64,000 nucleotides of DNA. It comes from Candidatus Oxydemutatoraceae bacterium. Its GTDB lineage: Bacteria > Pseudomonadota > Gammaproteobacteria > Poriferisulfidales > Oxydemutatoraceae. Positions 10,403 through 19,929 of this stretch are shown piece by piece (the stretch's first letter is position 1; every line of letters starts with the position of its first letter). The translations under genes were made by a program, and so were the position numbers. A model generated the notes under the pieces. That model ran no database searches, was not told the DNA's origin, and was given only the letters and a program-made list of their open reading frames with translations. The DNA lies in NCBI GenBank assembly GCA_965219575.1, contig OZ244779.1, positions 1,740,769 through 1,804,768 of the forward strand. Direction: 5' to 3'.

Positions 10403-11008
10403 TTAAGCCTTCTCCTTTTCCGATTCACCGATGACAATCTTGTCGTCGGCAGCATAGCGATACGGTGGGACTTCCAAATTCTTAGGTGCCGGCACACCGC
10501 GATAAACACGCCCCGCCAAGTCAAAACGCGAACCATGACACGCACAAAAGAAGCCACCTTCCCATTTAGACCCCAAATCTTCCGGCGCAATATCGGGTCG
10601 GTAAGTCGGCGAACATCCGAGATGCGTGCATATTCCGACCAATACCAAGAACTCCGGCTTGATTGATCTGTATTCGTTGTGCGCATACTCCGGCTGCTGC
10701 GGCTGATCCGATTTGGGATCGCGCAACTGCGGTTCCACATCCTTTAAGGTCTTCAACATCTCCTTAGTTCTATTAACTATCCATATCGGCTTGCCGCGCC
10801 ATTCTTCACGCACCATCTCGCCGGGCTCTATCTTGCTTAAATCAACCTCGACAGGCGCGCCCGCCGCTTGGGTTTTAGCACTGGGCTCCATGGACTTCAC
10901 GAAAGGAACAGCCGTTGTGACTATTCCCACACCCCCTACTATCTTCGCACTGGAGGTTAAGAAACGCCGACGCGTAACGTCAACTTTATCCTCATCATTA
11001 GCAGGCAT
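10403..11008 (-). CDS. petA: Rieske iron-sulfur subunit of bc1
   Basis: Tat TRRRFL, CTHLGC and CACHGS. Confidence 0.97.
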   Translation of the reverse strand: MPANDEDKVDVTRRRFLTSSAKIVGGVGIVTTAVPFVKSMEPSAKTQAAGAPVEVDLSKIEPGEMVREEWRGKPIWIVNRTKEMLKTLKDVEPQLRDPKSDQPQQPEYAHNEYRSIKPEFLVLVGICTHLGCSPTYRPDIAPEDLGSKWEGGFFCACHGSRFDLAGRVYRGVPAPKNLEVPPYRYAADDKIVIGESEKEKA

Positions 11009-11228
11009 TGTATGACTCTCTGTCTTTTATGTTTACATCAATAACTCTTGGGGAGTTTAGCTAAACCAGCCTACACATCGGTAGGCCATCACACCATAAT
11101 CAGTTAGGCGCAGTGGCAAATGTCAAAGCACTTAACACCTTACACTGGAGATTGCCACTGCTAGTTATATTAACTAATACGGGATTATAGCATAATAACG
11201 GGCGAACTGCACTAATCCATTCCCCGCT

Positions 11229-11710
11229 TGTAGAGGCAGAATAGAGCCGCCGATTGAGCCGGTAGGTCAATCGGCGGCCTTGATGTCCGCCCTTAGGGTG
11301 GCAGGCGCAGCCTGACGGGGTGGTTATAAAAGGGGGCTGTTGAAAAAGTACTGTCTCTGCAAAGTTGCAATCGCTTGCGCCGTGAATATTTGCAAACCAC
11401 TCGTAGGGGCGGACTAGCATGTCCGCCCGTAACGCGTTGTGCCTACACGATTTATACATTCATCCATCCAATTTATGGAAACCAAAACCAAATGGCGCAA
11501 GTGGTTGGATTTTTCAATGCCCGCACTTTTTCAACAGCCCCAAAAGGTTGGCACAGATATAGTGCTGGTCCATTCCCCTCCTCTGGAGGGGTGGCCTATG
11601 CATTTTGCAATGCATGCGTTTAGCAGTCATGTTGAGGTTCTGAACAAAGTCACGCCGATTGACCTACTGGTTCAATCGGCGGTTCTATTCAGCCTGACGG
11701 GGTGGTCGCA
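11229..11710. mobile_element. Cluster of a MITE (11333-11541) and nested hairpin modules
   Basis: GGGGCTGTTGAAAAAG...CTTTTTCAACAGCCCC, a REP near 11403, and GCCGATTGA..TCAATCGGC hairpins on both sides. Confidence 0.8.
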
Positions 11711-11823
11711 AATATGCCAGAACGATTAACACATCCCCACCCTACCCCAACAAACACTTCGGGTACATTCCTCAAACAATTTGCTATACTTTTGCTACAA
11801 AGAAATTGGCAAGGTTCGAAATA

Positions 11824-11988
11824 ATGAAATATAGTTTTATTGTGATTTTTGCGTTAGCACTTGGAGGATGCACACCCTCTTATGATTTCAAATATCATGA
11901 AACAAATAGTAGCCCAGCCCGTGTATGCTTTAGTAAATATATCTCCGGCGAACCTATCGGGGATTTTTGCAAAAATAAAATTCATTAA
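11824..11988 (+). CDS. Putative small lipoprotein (54 aa)
   Basis: MKYSFIVIFALALGG-C lipobox; TGCTATACT extended -10-like site at about 11782-11790. Confidence 0.5.
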   Translation: MKYSFIVIFALALGGCTPSYDFKYHETNSSPARVCFSKYISGEPIGDFCKNKIH

Positions 11989-12076
11989 AAGTTTTAGTTT
12001 CCAAGTAGTTTGTTGTACTGCCGCTACTTTTTCAACAGCTTCATTTCCCCTATCTTTTGGTTTAGAGCGACGCAAC

Positions 12077-12099
12077 AAAAAAGCCGCCCGTAGGCGGCC
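12077..12099 (-). terminator. Intrinsic terminator of the tracrRNA
   Basis: GGCCGCC-TACG-GGCGGCT followed by a T run on the minus strand. Confidence 0.85.
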
Positions 12100-12171
12100 T
12101 TTTGAATGTTGCATATTCACACTTATTAATCCTGATACAAAAATCGTTAATGTGGAATCCCTAATTCAATT
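12077..12171 (-). ncRNA. tracrRNA
   Basis: Plus strand has TCCTGATAC (12130-12138) and CCCTAATTCAAT (12159-12170), identical to the crRNA-sense repeat, so the minus transcript is the anti-repeat; a hairpin and an intrinsic terminator follow. Confidence 0.88.
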
Positions 12172-12176
12172 TTTCC

Positions 12177-12205
12177 AGCGTAGCACACCTTGAATTAAAA
12201 AGCAA
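12177..12205 (-). promoter_or_regulatory. Putative sigma70 promoter for the tracrRNA
   Basis: TTGCTT-17 bp-TACGCT with a TGn extension, about 6 nt upstream of the anti-repeat. Confidence 0.6.
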
Positions 12206-12220
12206 TTTTTCTTTGCGATT

Positions 12221-12283
12221 TAGCATGTAACCGTATTTATAGTTATAATAGCAGGTTTCATAAATGGATAACCAATAAGGAGG
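12221..12283 (+). promoter_or_regulatory. Putative cas9 promoter and RBS
   Basis: TATAAT at 12244-12249, weak -35, AGGAGG at 12278-12283. Confidence 0.5.
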
Positions 12284-12292
12284 TATATCGTC

Positions 12293-15200
12293 ATGGGAAT
12301 TAAATATCGCTTAGGGCTGGATGTCGGTGCCAATTCACTCGGCTGGAGTGTGCTGAAACTAGACACGGATGATAAACCTTATAAAATAGAAAATGCCGGT
12401 GCACGCATTTTCTCCGACGGACGAGAACCTAAAGGCCATAGTACCTTGAAGGCAGTCAGGAGAACAGCACGATCCGCCCGCCGAAATAGAGACAGATTCA
12501 AACAGCGACAGACCTATTTAATAAAAGAACTTGAAAAGGCTAAATTGTTTCCGCCGGAATCCGATACTGCGACGCGCCACGCTATACAAAAACTTGACCC
12601 TTTAGAATTGCGGGCTAATGCGCTGCATGAAAAGCTAGACCCCTACCATATAGGTCGTGCATTATTTCATATAAATCAACGTCGCGGTTTTAAGAGCAAC
12701 CGCAAAGACACCAGCGAAGAGGCTAGAAGCGGTAAGGTCAGTAAATCCGTGATGGCACTATTCAAGAAAATGGGTTTAGTCCAACAAAGTTCTATCCTCG
12801 ATGAACCAGAAAAGCTCTCTGAAGAACAAAACAAATGGATCCGACAAGAGGAAGCCAAACAAAAAAAAGAAGCAATCACTAAATTAAAAGATTTAGACAT
12901 TACTTTTGGTTCGTTTTTGTGGGAACGACGCAAACAACACCCGCCACAGGCAACCCGTGCTCATCCCAACGTAGATGGCAAGTTATACGATCTTTATCCG
13001 ACCCGAGATCTATTAGAAGACGAATTTGACAAAATCTGTGCTAAACAACAAAAATATCACCCAAAACTTTTAAGCGCGGAAGTCGTCAAACATTTGAGAA
13101 AAATTATATTTTATCAGCGACCCTTGAAACCCCAAGAGCGCGGCAAATGTGCTTATCTGTATAAGGCAGGAGAACTCCGCGCTTTCCGAGCAATGCCGAG
13201 CTTTCAACGCTATCGCATCTATCAAGAAGTTAATAACTTGGAATGGGCCGGTCCGAGACAACCATATCGTTTGAGAGATTACCCCGAAGCAAGGGATGCC
13301 GTCGTGACACTATTAGAGAAACCTACTACTAAAAAAGGCAATGTCACCTTTACTAAAATTAAGAACGTACTTAAAGATCTAGGAGTCGCAGAAGGCGAGT
13401 TCAAATTAAATTACGAAACCTTGAAAAGAAAAAAAACAAAAAGAAAAAAAACAAAAAGTAAAAAAAACGAAAAGCAAAAAAAAGACTCGTCAGGTTTGGA
13501 CGGCAATCTCACCTCTAATATTATGCAAAAAGAAGATTGTATCGGAGCGCAGTGGCACGATTGGCCTATAGAAAAACAAGACTCATTCATTGGACTGATA
13601 TTAAACGATAAGCTCAGCGATGTAGAAGTCCGAGATAAGCTAGTGAAAGAATACAAACTTTCTGAGGAAATAGCTACAGTTTGTCTTGAGGAGCATCTGC
13701 CAGAAGGCACGGCACACCTATCCTTAAAAGCTGCCAAATTGCTCACGGAAAAAATGAAAAATGAATATTGTCTGCAGTCCGAAGCGGTGGAGCGTGTCTC
13801 GGAAGAGCACAGCGACTTTGTTAGTCCATTTATAAGATCTACCGAAGAGGGAAAATTATTAGAACGATTACCCTATTACGGAGAGTTTTTTAAAGATGGC
13901 AAACATATAATTCCGGGAACTCTAGATGAGAAAGATGAGCACGACAACTTAAGATTTTATGGAAGTGTGTCCAACCCGACGGTACACATCGCCTTGAACC
14001 AAATCCGCAATGTAATCAACGAACTGATAAAACGATACGGGAAGCCGACTTCCATTGTTATTGAATTGGGTAGAGAATTGCCGGCAGGTAAAGAAAGACG
14101 TAAAGAGATAAAAAGTGAACAGAAAGAGAACCAAACGAATAATGAAGAGATTGATGCAGAACTTAAAGAACTTGGACAGCTTATAAATAGGGATAACAGA
14201 ATCAGGTTTCGGCTTTGGAAGGAATTGGATGAGGAGGATCCTGCCGGACGCAAATGTCCATTTACGGGAGAAACCATCAATATTCATAAAATATTTAGTG
14301 ATGAAGTTGAAGTTGAACACCTTATTCCTTTTAGCAAGTCATTAGACGATAGTTTCTCTAATAAAGTATTGTGTTTAAGGCGAGCAAACCGAGACAAAAG
14401 GCAACAAACTCCATACGAAGCATTTGGCCATAGTCCAGGTGGTTACAACTGGAATAAGATTTTTGAACGTTCTAAAAGTTTGCCCAAAAGCAAGCAATGG
14501 CGATTTGAAAAAGACGCTATGAAAAAGTGGCATCACAACAACGAGTCCGATTTTCTAGCCCGGCATCTAAACGACACTCGATATATCGGCAGATTAACTA
14601 AAGATTATCTTGAAGCCATTTGTCCGTACAACAAAATTGATGTTGTCACCGGAAGATTGACTGCCCTTCTACGTGGTCATTGGGGATTAAACAGTATTCT
14701 AAAAGAGATACGAACCGATGAAGAACTTAAAAGGCTTGGACAAGAGGCTAGTAAAGATAATAGAGTCAGGTATTGGCTTTGGGAAGAATTAAACGAGGAT
14801 CCCAAAGGGCGCGAATGTCCATTTACAGGGAAGACCATTGTCAAGGACGACATATTTAGTGATGAATTTGAAATCGGATACCTCATTCCTGATAGTACAT
14901 CAAAGTGCGACAGTTTCTCTAATAAAGTGTTATGTTCGGCACAAGCAAAACAAGACAAAGGACAACAAACCCCATACGAGGCATTCGGTCATAGTCCCGA
15001 CGATTACAACTGGAATAATATTCTGCAACGCTCCGAAAGATTGCCTGAAAACAAGCAATGGCGATTTTTAGAAGACGCTATGGAAAAATGGCAGAGCAGA
15101 AATTTTGGTAGCAGCAGCTATAATAAAGCAAAGAAAAGCCGCGACGACCATAGGCATCACGCAATTGATGCCATTGTGATCGGAATGACTACGAGAAGTA

Positions 15201-16087
15201 TTTTACAAAAAGTAGCAACGGCTGCCAACCAATCCGAAGAGTTAGACCTTCCGTCTTTATTTAATAAAAAAGAAAATGGTAAAAGCGCAATTGATCCATG
15301 GCTCGGATTTCGTGCAGATGTGAAAAACATAATAGATAATATCATCGTTTCTCATAGAAAAAGGAACAAACAGTTGGGACAAGGTAACACAAAATTAGGA
15401 CGAGATAGCACAAGCGGACAGCTGCATGATAGTACTGCTTATGGCATAGTAACAAAACATGATAATGAAAAGAGTACGGTTGTGGTGCGCCGACCTATAA
15501 AAGAATTATCGGAAAATAGGAAAAAACTAGGATCTATTCGAGATAAGCATTTGAAAGAACAATTTTTAGATGCGTTTGACGGCAATGGCAAGGAGGGCGT
15601 GATGGTTCTAGCTGAACAGAAAAATATCAGAGGGTTGCGTTGTATTCAGGATTTATCAATCATTCCTATTAAGGATAAAGAAGGACGAGAATATAAGGCT
15701 TTGAAAGGGAATAGTAACTGGGGATACGAAATTTACGAATATCCTGACGAACATGAAAAAGCAGGGGAATGGGTAGGATTTCCTATTTCTACTCATGATG
15801 CCAATCAAAAAAACTTTCAACCGGGTGTAACCCATCGCCCGTATCCAACCGCTAAACTTGTAATGCGTTTGCATATTAATGATTATGTAGAAATTATCGG
15901 AGAAGATGGCTCACCGCAAATCATGCGTCTACAGAAAATTTCAGATAGCCTATCTTTTGTGTCTCCTAACGAAGCAAGCACTACAAAGTTCTCTGGCATG
16001 GGTGCTAGTTCCTTACTAAAAGGCAATGCTCGTAAGGTACATATTAGCCCGACAGGACTTAAAAATTACGATGGCAATTGTAGCTAA
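12293..16087 (+). CDS. cas9: Type II-C Cas9 (1264 aa) with a duplicated HNH domain
   Basis: RuvC-I LGLDVG (D10), Arg-rich bridge helix, RRGFKSNR, NPTVH..IELGRE, HNH VEHLIP..NK..AN..K and RuvC-III DHRHHAIDA; no csn2 or cas4 in the locus. Confidence 0.97.
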   Translation: MGIKYRLGLDVGANSLGWSVLKLDTDDKPYKIENAGARIFSDGREPKGHSTLKAVRRTARSARRNRDRFKQRQTYLIKELEKAKLFPPESDTATRHAIQKLDPLELRANALHEKLDPYHIGRALFHINQRRGFKSNRKDTSEEARSGKVSKSVMALFKKMGLVQQSSILDEPEKLSEEQNKWIRQEEAKQKKEAITKLKDLDITFGSFLWERRKQHPPQATRAHPNVDGKLYDLYPTRDLLEDEFDKICAKQQKYHPKLLSAEVVKHLRKIIFYQRPLKPQERGKCAYLYKAGELRAFRAMPSFQRYRIYQEVNNLEWAGPRQPYRLRDYPEARDAVVTLLEKPTTKKGNVTFTKIKNVLKDLGVAEGEFKLNYETLKRKKTKRKKTKSKKNEKQKKDSSGLDGNLTSNIMQKEDCIGAQWHDWPIEKQDSFIGLILNDKLSDVEVRDKLVKEYKLSEEIATVCLEEHLPEGTAHLSLKAAKLLTEKMKNEYCLQSEAVERVSEEHSDFVSPFIRSTEEGKLLERLPYYGEFFKDGKHIIPGTLDEKDEHDNLRFYGSVSNPTVHIALNQIRNVINELIKRYGKPTSIVIELGRELPAGKERRKEIKSEQKENQTNNEEIDAELKELGQLINRDNRIRFRLWKELDEEDPAGRKCPFTGETINIHKIFSDEVEVEHLIPFSKSLDDSFSNKVLCLRRANRDKRQQTPYEAFGHSPGGYNWNKIFERSKSLPKSKQWRFEKDAMKKWHHNNESDFLARHLNDTRYIGRLTKDYLEAICPYNKIDVVTGRLTALLRGHWGLNSILKEIRTDEELKRLGQEASKDNRVRYWLWEELNEDPKGRECPFTGKTIVKDDIFSDEFEIGYLIPDSTSKCDSFSNKVLCSAQAKQDKGQQTPYEAFGHSPDDYNWNNILQRSERLPENKQWRFLEDAMEKWQSRNFGSSSYNKAKKSRDDHRHHAIDAIVIGMTTRSILQKVATAANQSEELDLPSLFNKKENGKSAIDPWLGFRADVKNIIDNIIVSHRKRNKQLGQGNTKLGRDSTSGQLHDSTAYGIVTKHDNEKSTVVVRRPIKELSENRKKLGSIRDKHLKEQFLDAFDGNGKEGVMVLAEQKNIRGLRCIQDLSIIPIKDKEGREYKALKGNSNWGYEIYEYPDEHEKAGEWVGFPISTHDANQKNFQPGVTHRPYPTAKLVMRLHINDYVEIIGEDGSPQIMRLQKISDSLSFVSPNEASTTKFSGMGASSLLKGNARKVHISPTGLKNYDGNCS

Positions 16088-16116
16088 CACTCTATATTCA
16101 ATAATCAATTTTTTGC

Positions 16117-17031
16117 ATGCCCGACCAAATCGTTGAAATTACGCAACCGGGTTATTGGTTGAGTAAGTCACGCGGATTTCTAGAAGTTCAAAGCAACGAT
16201 GAAAACCAAATCGGTGGAAAGATACCATTAGACGATATTCTATCGGTTGTTATTTCTACTCCGGGATGTTCTCTATCAACCGTTCTCATAGATTACCTGA
16301 GTCGTCGCAATATCCCCATTACGATATGCGGAGCAAACTACCTCCCCACAACGCTCATCTTACCGATAGACGGTTACAATAGACAATTCCAAGTCATGCA
16401 AAGCCAAACCGATTTATCGGCACCGCGCCGTAAGCGCGCATGGCAAGCTATAGTCAGAGCCAAAATACAAAATCAAGCCGATTTACTGGAGTTTGTCGGC
16501 AAAAATAATATGCAATTAAAACGCTTAATCTCAAATGTGAAATCCGGCGATATCGATAATTGCGAGGCTCAGGCAGCACGCATTTATTGGCAAAGTTTAT
16601 TCGGCGAAGATTTTCGTCGTGACCGCACCGCTATCGATTTGAATACTCCGCTCAACTATATTTACACGGTTATTAGAGCGTGTATTGCTCGCGGGATCAG
16701 TAGTGCAGGATTACATCCTACATTCAGCATACACCATAAAAATCCACAAAATGCATTCAACCTCGCCGATGATTTGATTGAACCCTATCGCCCTATTGCC
16801 GATTGCTTTGTTTGGAAGAGATACTTCAATAAATTTGATCGACTGACCCCCGAAGTAAAAGCGTCTTTAACAAGCATCGTAAATCTACAAATCCCTATAG
16901 GAGACGAAGTATCCCCTTTATCGTTGGCTGCCGTTAAGACATGCCGTTCTTACGCAAGCTATTGCCTCAATGAGGCAACAAATATCTTACTTCCTAAACT
17001 ACCTATGTCTTTAGAAATAGGGGCTTTATGA
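16117..17031 (+). CDS. cas1: Type II Cas1
   Basis: SGDIDNCEAQAARIYW, HHKN..NAFNLADDLIEPYRP. Confidence 0.96.
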   Translation: MPDQIVEITQPGYWLSKSRGFLEVQSNDENQIGGKIPLDDILSVVISTPGCSLSTVLIDYLSRRNIPITICGANYLPTTLILPIDGYNRQFQVMQSQTDLSAPRRKRAWQAIVRAKIQNQADLLEFVGKNNMQLKRLISNVKSGDIDNCEAQAARIYWQSLFGEDFRRDRTAIDLNTPLNYIYTVIRACIARGISSAGLHPTFSIHHKNPQNAFNLADDLIEPYRPIADCFVWKRYFNKFDRLTPEVKASLTSIVNLQIPIGDEVSPLSLAAVKTCRSYASYCLNEATNILLPKLPMSLEIGAL

Positions 17032-17372
17032 GTAGTAACCAAAACCATCTAAGCCCGTATCGCATTATGTGGTTATTTGTAATGTTTGACTTGCCCGTAG
17101 GCACTAAAAAAGAGAGAGAGCAGGCGACAAAATTTCGTCAAGGACTTCTTGATTTAGGGTTTGAAATGTCACAATTTTCAGTATACTTAAAATACTGTCC
17201 GTCAAAAGAAAAATCGGAAGTAGTTAGTGACAAAGTCAAAGTTAAAATTCCGATTGGAGGTAAAGTAGATATTCTGATGATAACCGATAAACAGTTTTCA
17301 GGCATGAAAAGATTTTATGCAAAAACCGAAATTAAAAGCAGTGCAAAACCGAAGCAGTTACATATCTTTTGA
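17028..17372 (+). CDS. cas2: Cas2
   Basis: YRIMWLFVMFDLPV..GFEMSQFSVY..ITDKQF. Confidence 0.96.
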   Translation: MSSNQNHLSPYRIMWLFVMFDLPVGTKKEREQATKFRQGLLDLGFEMSQFSVYLKYCPSKEKSEVVSDKVKVKIPIGGKVDILMITDKQFSGMKRFYAKTEIKSSAKPKQLHIF

Positions 17373-18844
17373 TTATTTTTTTCTACGCAATATAGAAAAA
17401 AGTATCACCACAATAACTGCTTCGGCGTTGTCGGATTATACCATTGAATTAGGGGGTATCAGGACAACAAGCGGAATAATGTTTGGATTCGTGATATTGA
17501 TTATACCATTGAATTAGGGGGTATCAGGACAACAACTTCTGATATAAAGTAATAGCCGCCCATGATTATACCATTGAATTAGGGGGTATCAGGACAACGG
17601 AATGTACTGCAGTATTCTAAAAAATACAGATTATACCATTGAATTAGGGGGTATCAGGACAACTCTAGTTTTGATGGGGTAGAAACAGAATTAGATTATA
17701 CCATTGAATTAGGGGGTATCAGGACAACGGACATGTACTAATTAAAGTACTAATTGAAGATTATACCATTGAATTAGGGGGTATCAGGACAACATGACGG
17801 GGCAGGTGCGTATTGCACATAATGATTATACCATTGAATTAGGGGGTATCAGGACAACTACCATGCAAGTACGCAGTACAATAATCATGATTATACCATT
17901 GAATTAGGGGGTATCAGGACAACGGACATGTACTAATTAAAGTACTAATTGAAGATTATACCATTGAATTAGGGGGTATCAGGACAACATGACGGGGCAG
18001 GTGCGTATTGCACATAATGATTATACCATTGAATTAGGGGGTATCAGGACAACTACCATGCAAGTACGCAGTACAATAATCATGATTATACCATTGAATT
18101 AGGGGGTATCAGGACAACATGATTGAGACACACATAATCCATACTATCGATTATACCATTGAATTAGGGGGTATCAGGACAACGATGTTCGTCTTCCAAT
18201 GTATAACATTCAAGATTATACCATTGAATTAGGGGGTATCAGGACAACGATATTCTCCCACGCCTCACGCGCCGACAAGATTATACCATTGAATTAGGGG
18301 GTATCAGGACAACACAAACTACAAATAACACATAAAACCTCAAGATTATACCATTGAATTAGGGGGTATCAGGACAACACAAAGTTTCCGACACCTGAAA
18401 TTGATACTGATTATACCATTGAATTAGGGGGTATCAGGACAACATGAAGGAAGCGAAGGCTTTGGTTAGAAAGGATTATACCATTGAATTAGGGGGTATC
18501 AGGACAACTACTTCATTATCATAAACATAAGGCACTGAGATTATACCATTGAATTAGGGGGTATCAGGACAACGTTTCAGTGCTACTGAGGCGGCGGAGG
18601 GCAGATTATACCATTGAATTAGGGGGTATCAGGACAACCATTACAAGACACTAACGATTTCAAGTTTTGATTATACCATTGAATTAGGGGGTATCAGGAC
18701 AACGCCAATTCTGACTCGTCCATATAAGACAAGGATTATACCATTGAATTAGGGGGTGACGTTCTCCCAAAATTTAGTACTAATGCTTAAAGTTAGTTTT
18801 TCCGATAAACTAGAGAAGTTAAAAACATTACAGGAGAACTTAAC

Positions 18845-19111
18845 ATGAAGAGAAAACGTTTTAGTGAAGAACAAATCATTAAGGCATTAAAGTCAAATCA
18901 AGCCGGCATGAAAGTAATCGATATCTGTCGTGATCTAGGCATCGCCGAACAGACATTTTATCGCTGGCGCAGCAAGTATAATGGCATGGAAGTGGCAGAA
19001 GCTAAACGCCTGCGAGAGCTTGAAGCCGATAATAGCAAGCTCAAGAAGCTATTGGCTGAATCGGTGATGCAGTGTGAAACACTTAAGGAGGTATTATCAA
19101 AAAAGTGGTAA
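18845..19111 (+). CDS. IS3 OrfA (HTH)
   Basis: MKRKRFSEEQII..TFYRWRSKY; A6G slippery site at 19099-19105. Confidence 0.92.
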   Translation: MKRKRFSEEQIIKALKSNQAGMKVIDICRDLGIAEQTFYRWRSKYNGMEVAEAKRLRELEADNSKLKKLLAESVMQCETLKEVLSKKW

Positions 19112-19929
19112 AGCCGGCGCAACGCAAGCAGATTGTCAAAGATCTAGTGAGCGCGGGTCGGCATAGTGAACGCACTGCGTGTGCCCTTGCCAGTATTAGT
19201 CGCACTGCATATCGCTATCAGGGCAACCAAGCTGATAAAGATCGTCAACTGGAAGCTGCGTTATTGGAGAAGGCAAAGCAATATCCACATTATGGCTATA
19301 AGATGTTGCATGCGCTTTTGAAGAGCGAAGGCCGGGTCGTCAATGTGAAGCGTACCTATAGGCTTTATAAGAAGCTCAGGCTCGAATTGAGAACCAAGAA
19401 GCGCAAGAAGCTGTGTCATCCGCGTGGCGTGCCGAAAACACCGGCAACGGTGAATGAGTGCTGGTCAATGGACTTTGTGCATGACCAGTTTAGCGACGGC
19501 AGATGCTTTCGGGTATTGAACATAGTAGATAACTTCAGCCGTGAATGTGTCGGACAGATTGTTGATGTTTCGATCACCGGTCAACGCGTAGCAAACTATC
19601 TATCCGAATTGATAGAATGGCTCGGTGTGAAGCCGGCACGCATCGTCTGCGACAATGGCACCGAGTTTAGATGCAAGGCGATGTTCCACTGGAGCCGAGA
19701 TCAGCAGGTGGAATTGGACTTTATCCAACCCGGCAAACCGACCCAGAATGCCTTTGTAGAAAGTTTCAACGGCAAGTTCCGAGACGGTTGTCTGAACCAG
19801 TTCTGGTTTCGTTCAATAAAAGAGGCGAGAGAGATTATAGAAGCCTGGCGAATAGATTATAATGAAGTGCGTCCGCACAGCGCATTGGGTTATCAACCCC
19901 CAAGTGTATTTGCGGAGGCTATAGCATGA
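19105..19929 (+). CDS. IS3 OrfB DDE transposase (OrfAB by -1 frameshift)
   Basis: WSMDF, DNGTEF, PGKPTQNAFVESFNG and YNEVRPHSALGY. Confidence 0.95.
   Translation: MVKPAQRKQIVKDLVSAGRHSERTACALASISRTAYRYQGNQADKDRQLEAALLEKAKQYPHYGYKMLHALLKSEGRVVNVKRTYRLYKKLRLELRTKKRKKLCHPRGVPKTPATVNECWSMDFVHDQFSDGRCFRVLNIVDNFSRECVGQIVDVSITGQRVANYLSELIEWLGVKPARIVCDNGTEFRCKAMFHWSRDQQVELDFIQPGKPTQNAFVESFNGKFRDGCLNQFWFRSIKEAREIIEAWRIDYNEVRPHSALGYQPPSVFAEAIA

Noticed and set aside
11854-12193. 88-aa and 110-aa ORFs over the tracrRNA region
   Set aside because: No recognisable motifs; they overlap the better-supported tracrRNA and terminator.
14717-15091. Second HNH as an assembly duplication or intein
   Set aside because: About 36% aa divergence argues against a duplicated-read artefact, and there are no intein splice motifs (N-terminal C/S, C-terminal HN).
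17794-17823. Self-targeting of the MITE-associated hairpin by a spacer containing TGACGGGG
   Set aside because: Only an 8-nt match; I saw no full protospacer in the window by eye, though the search was not exhaustive.
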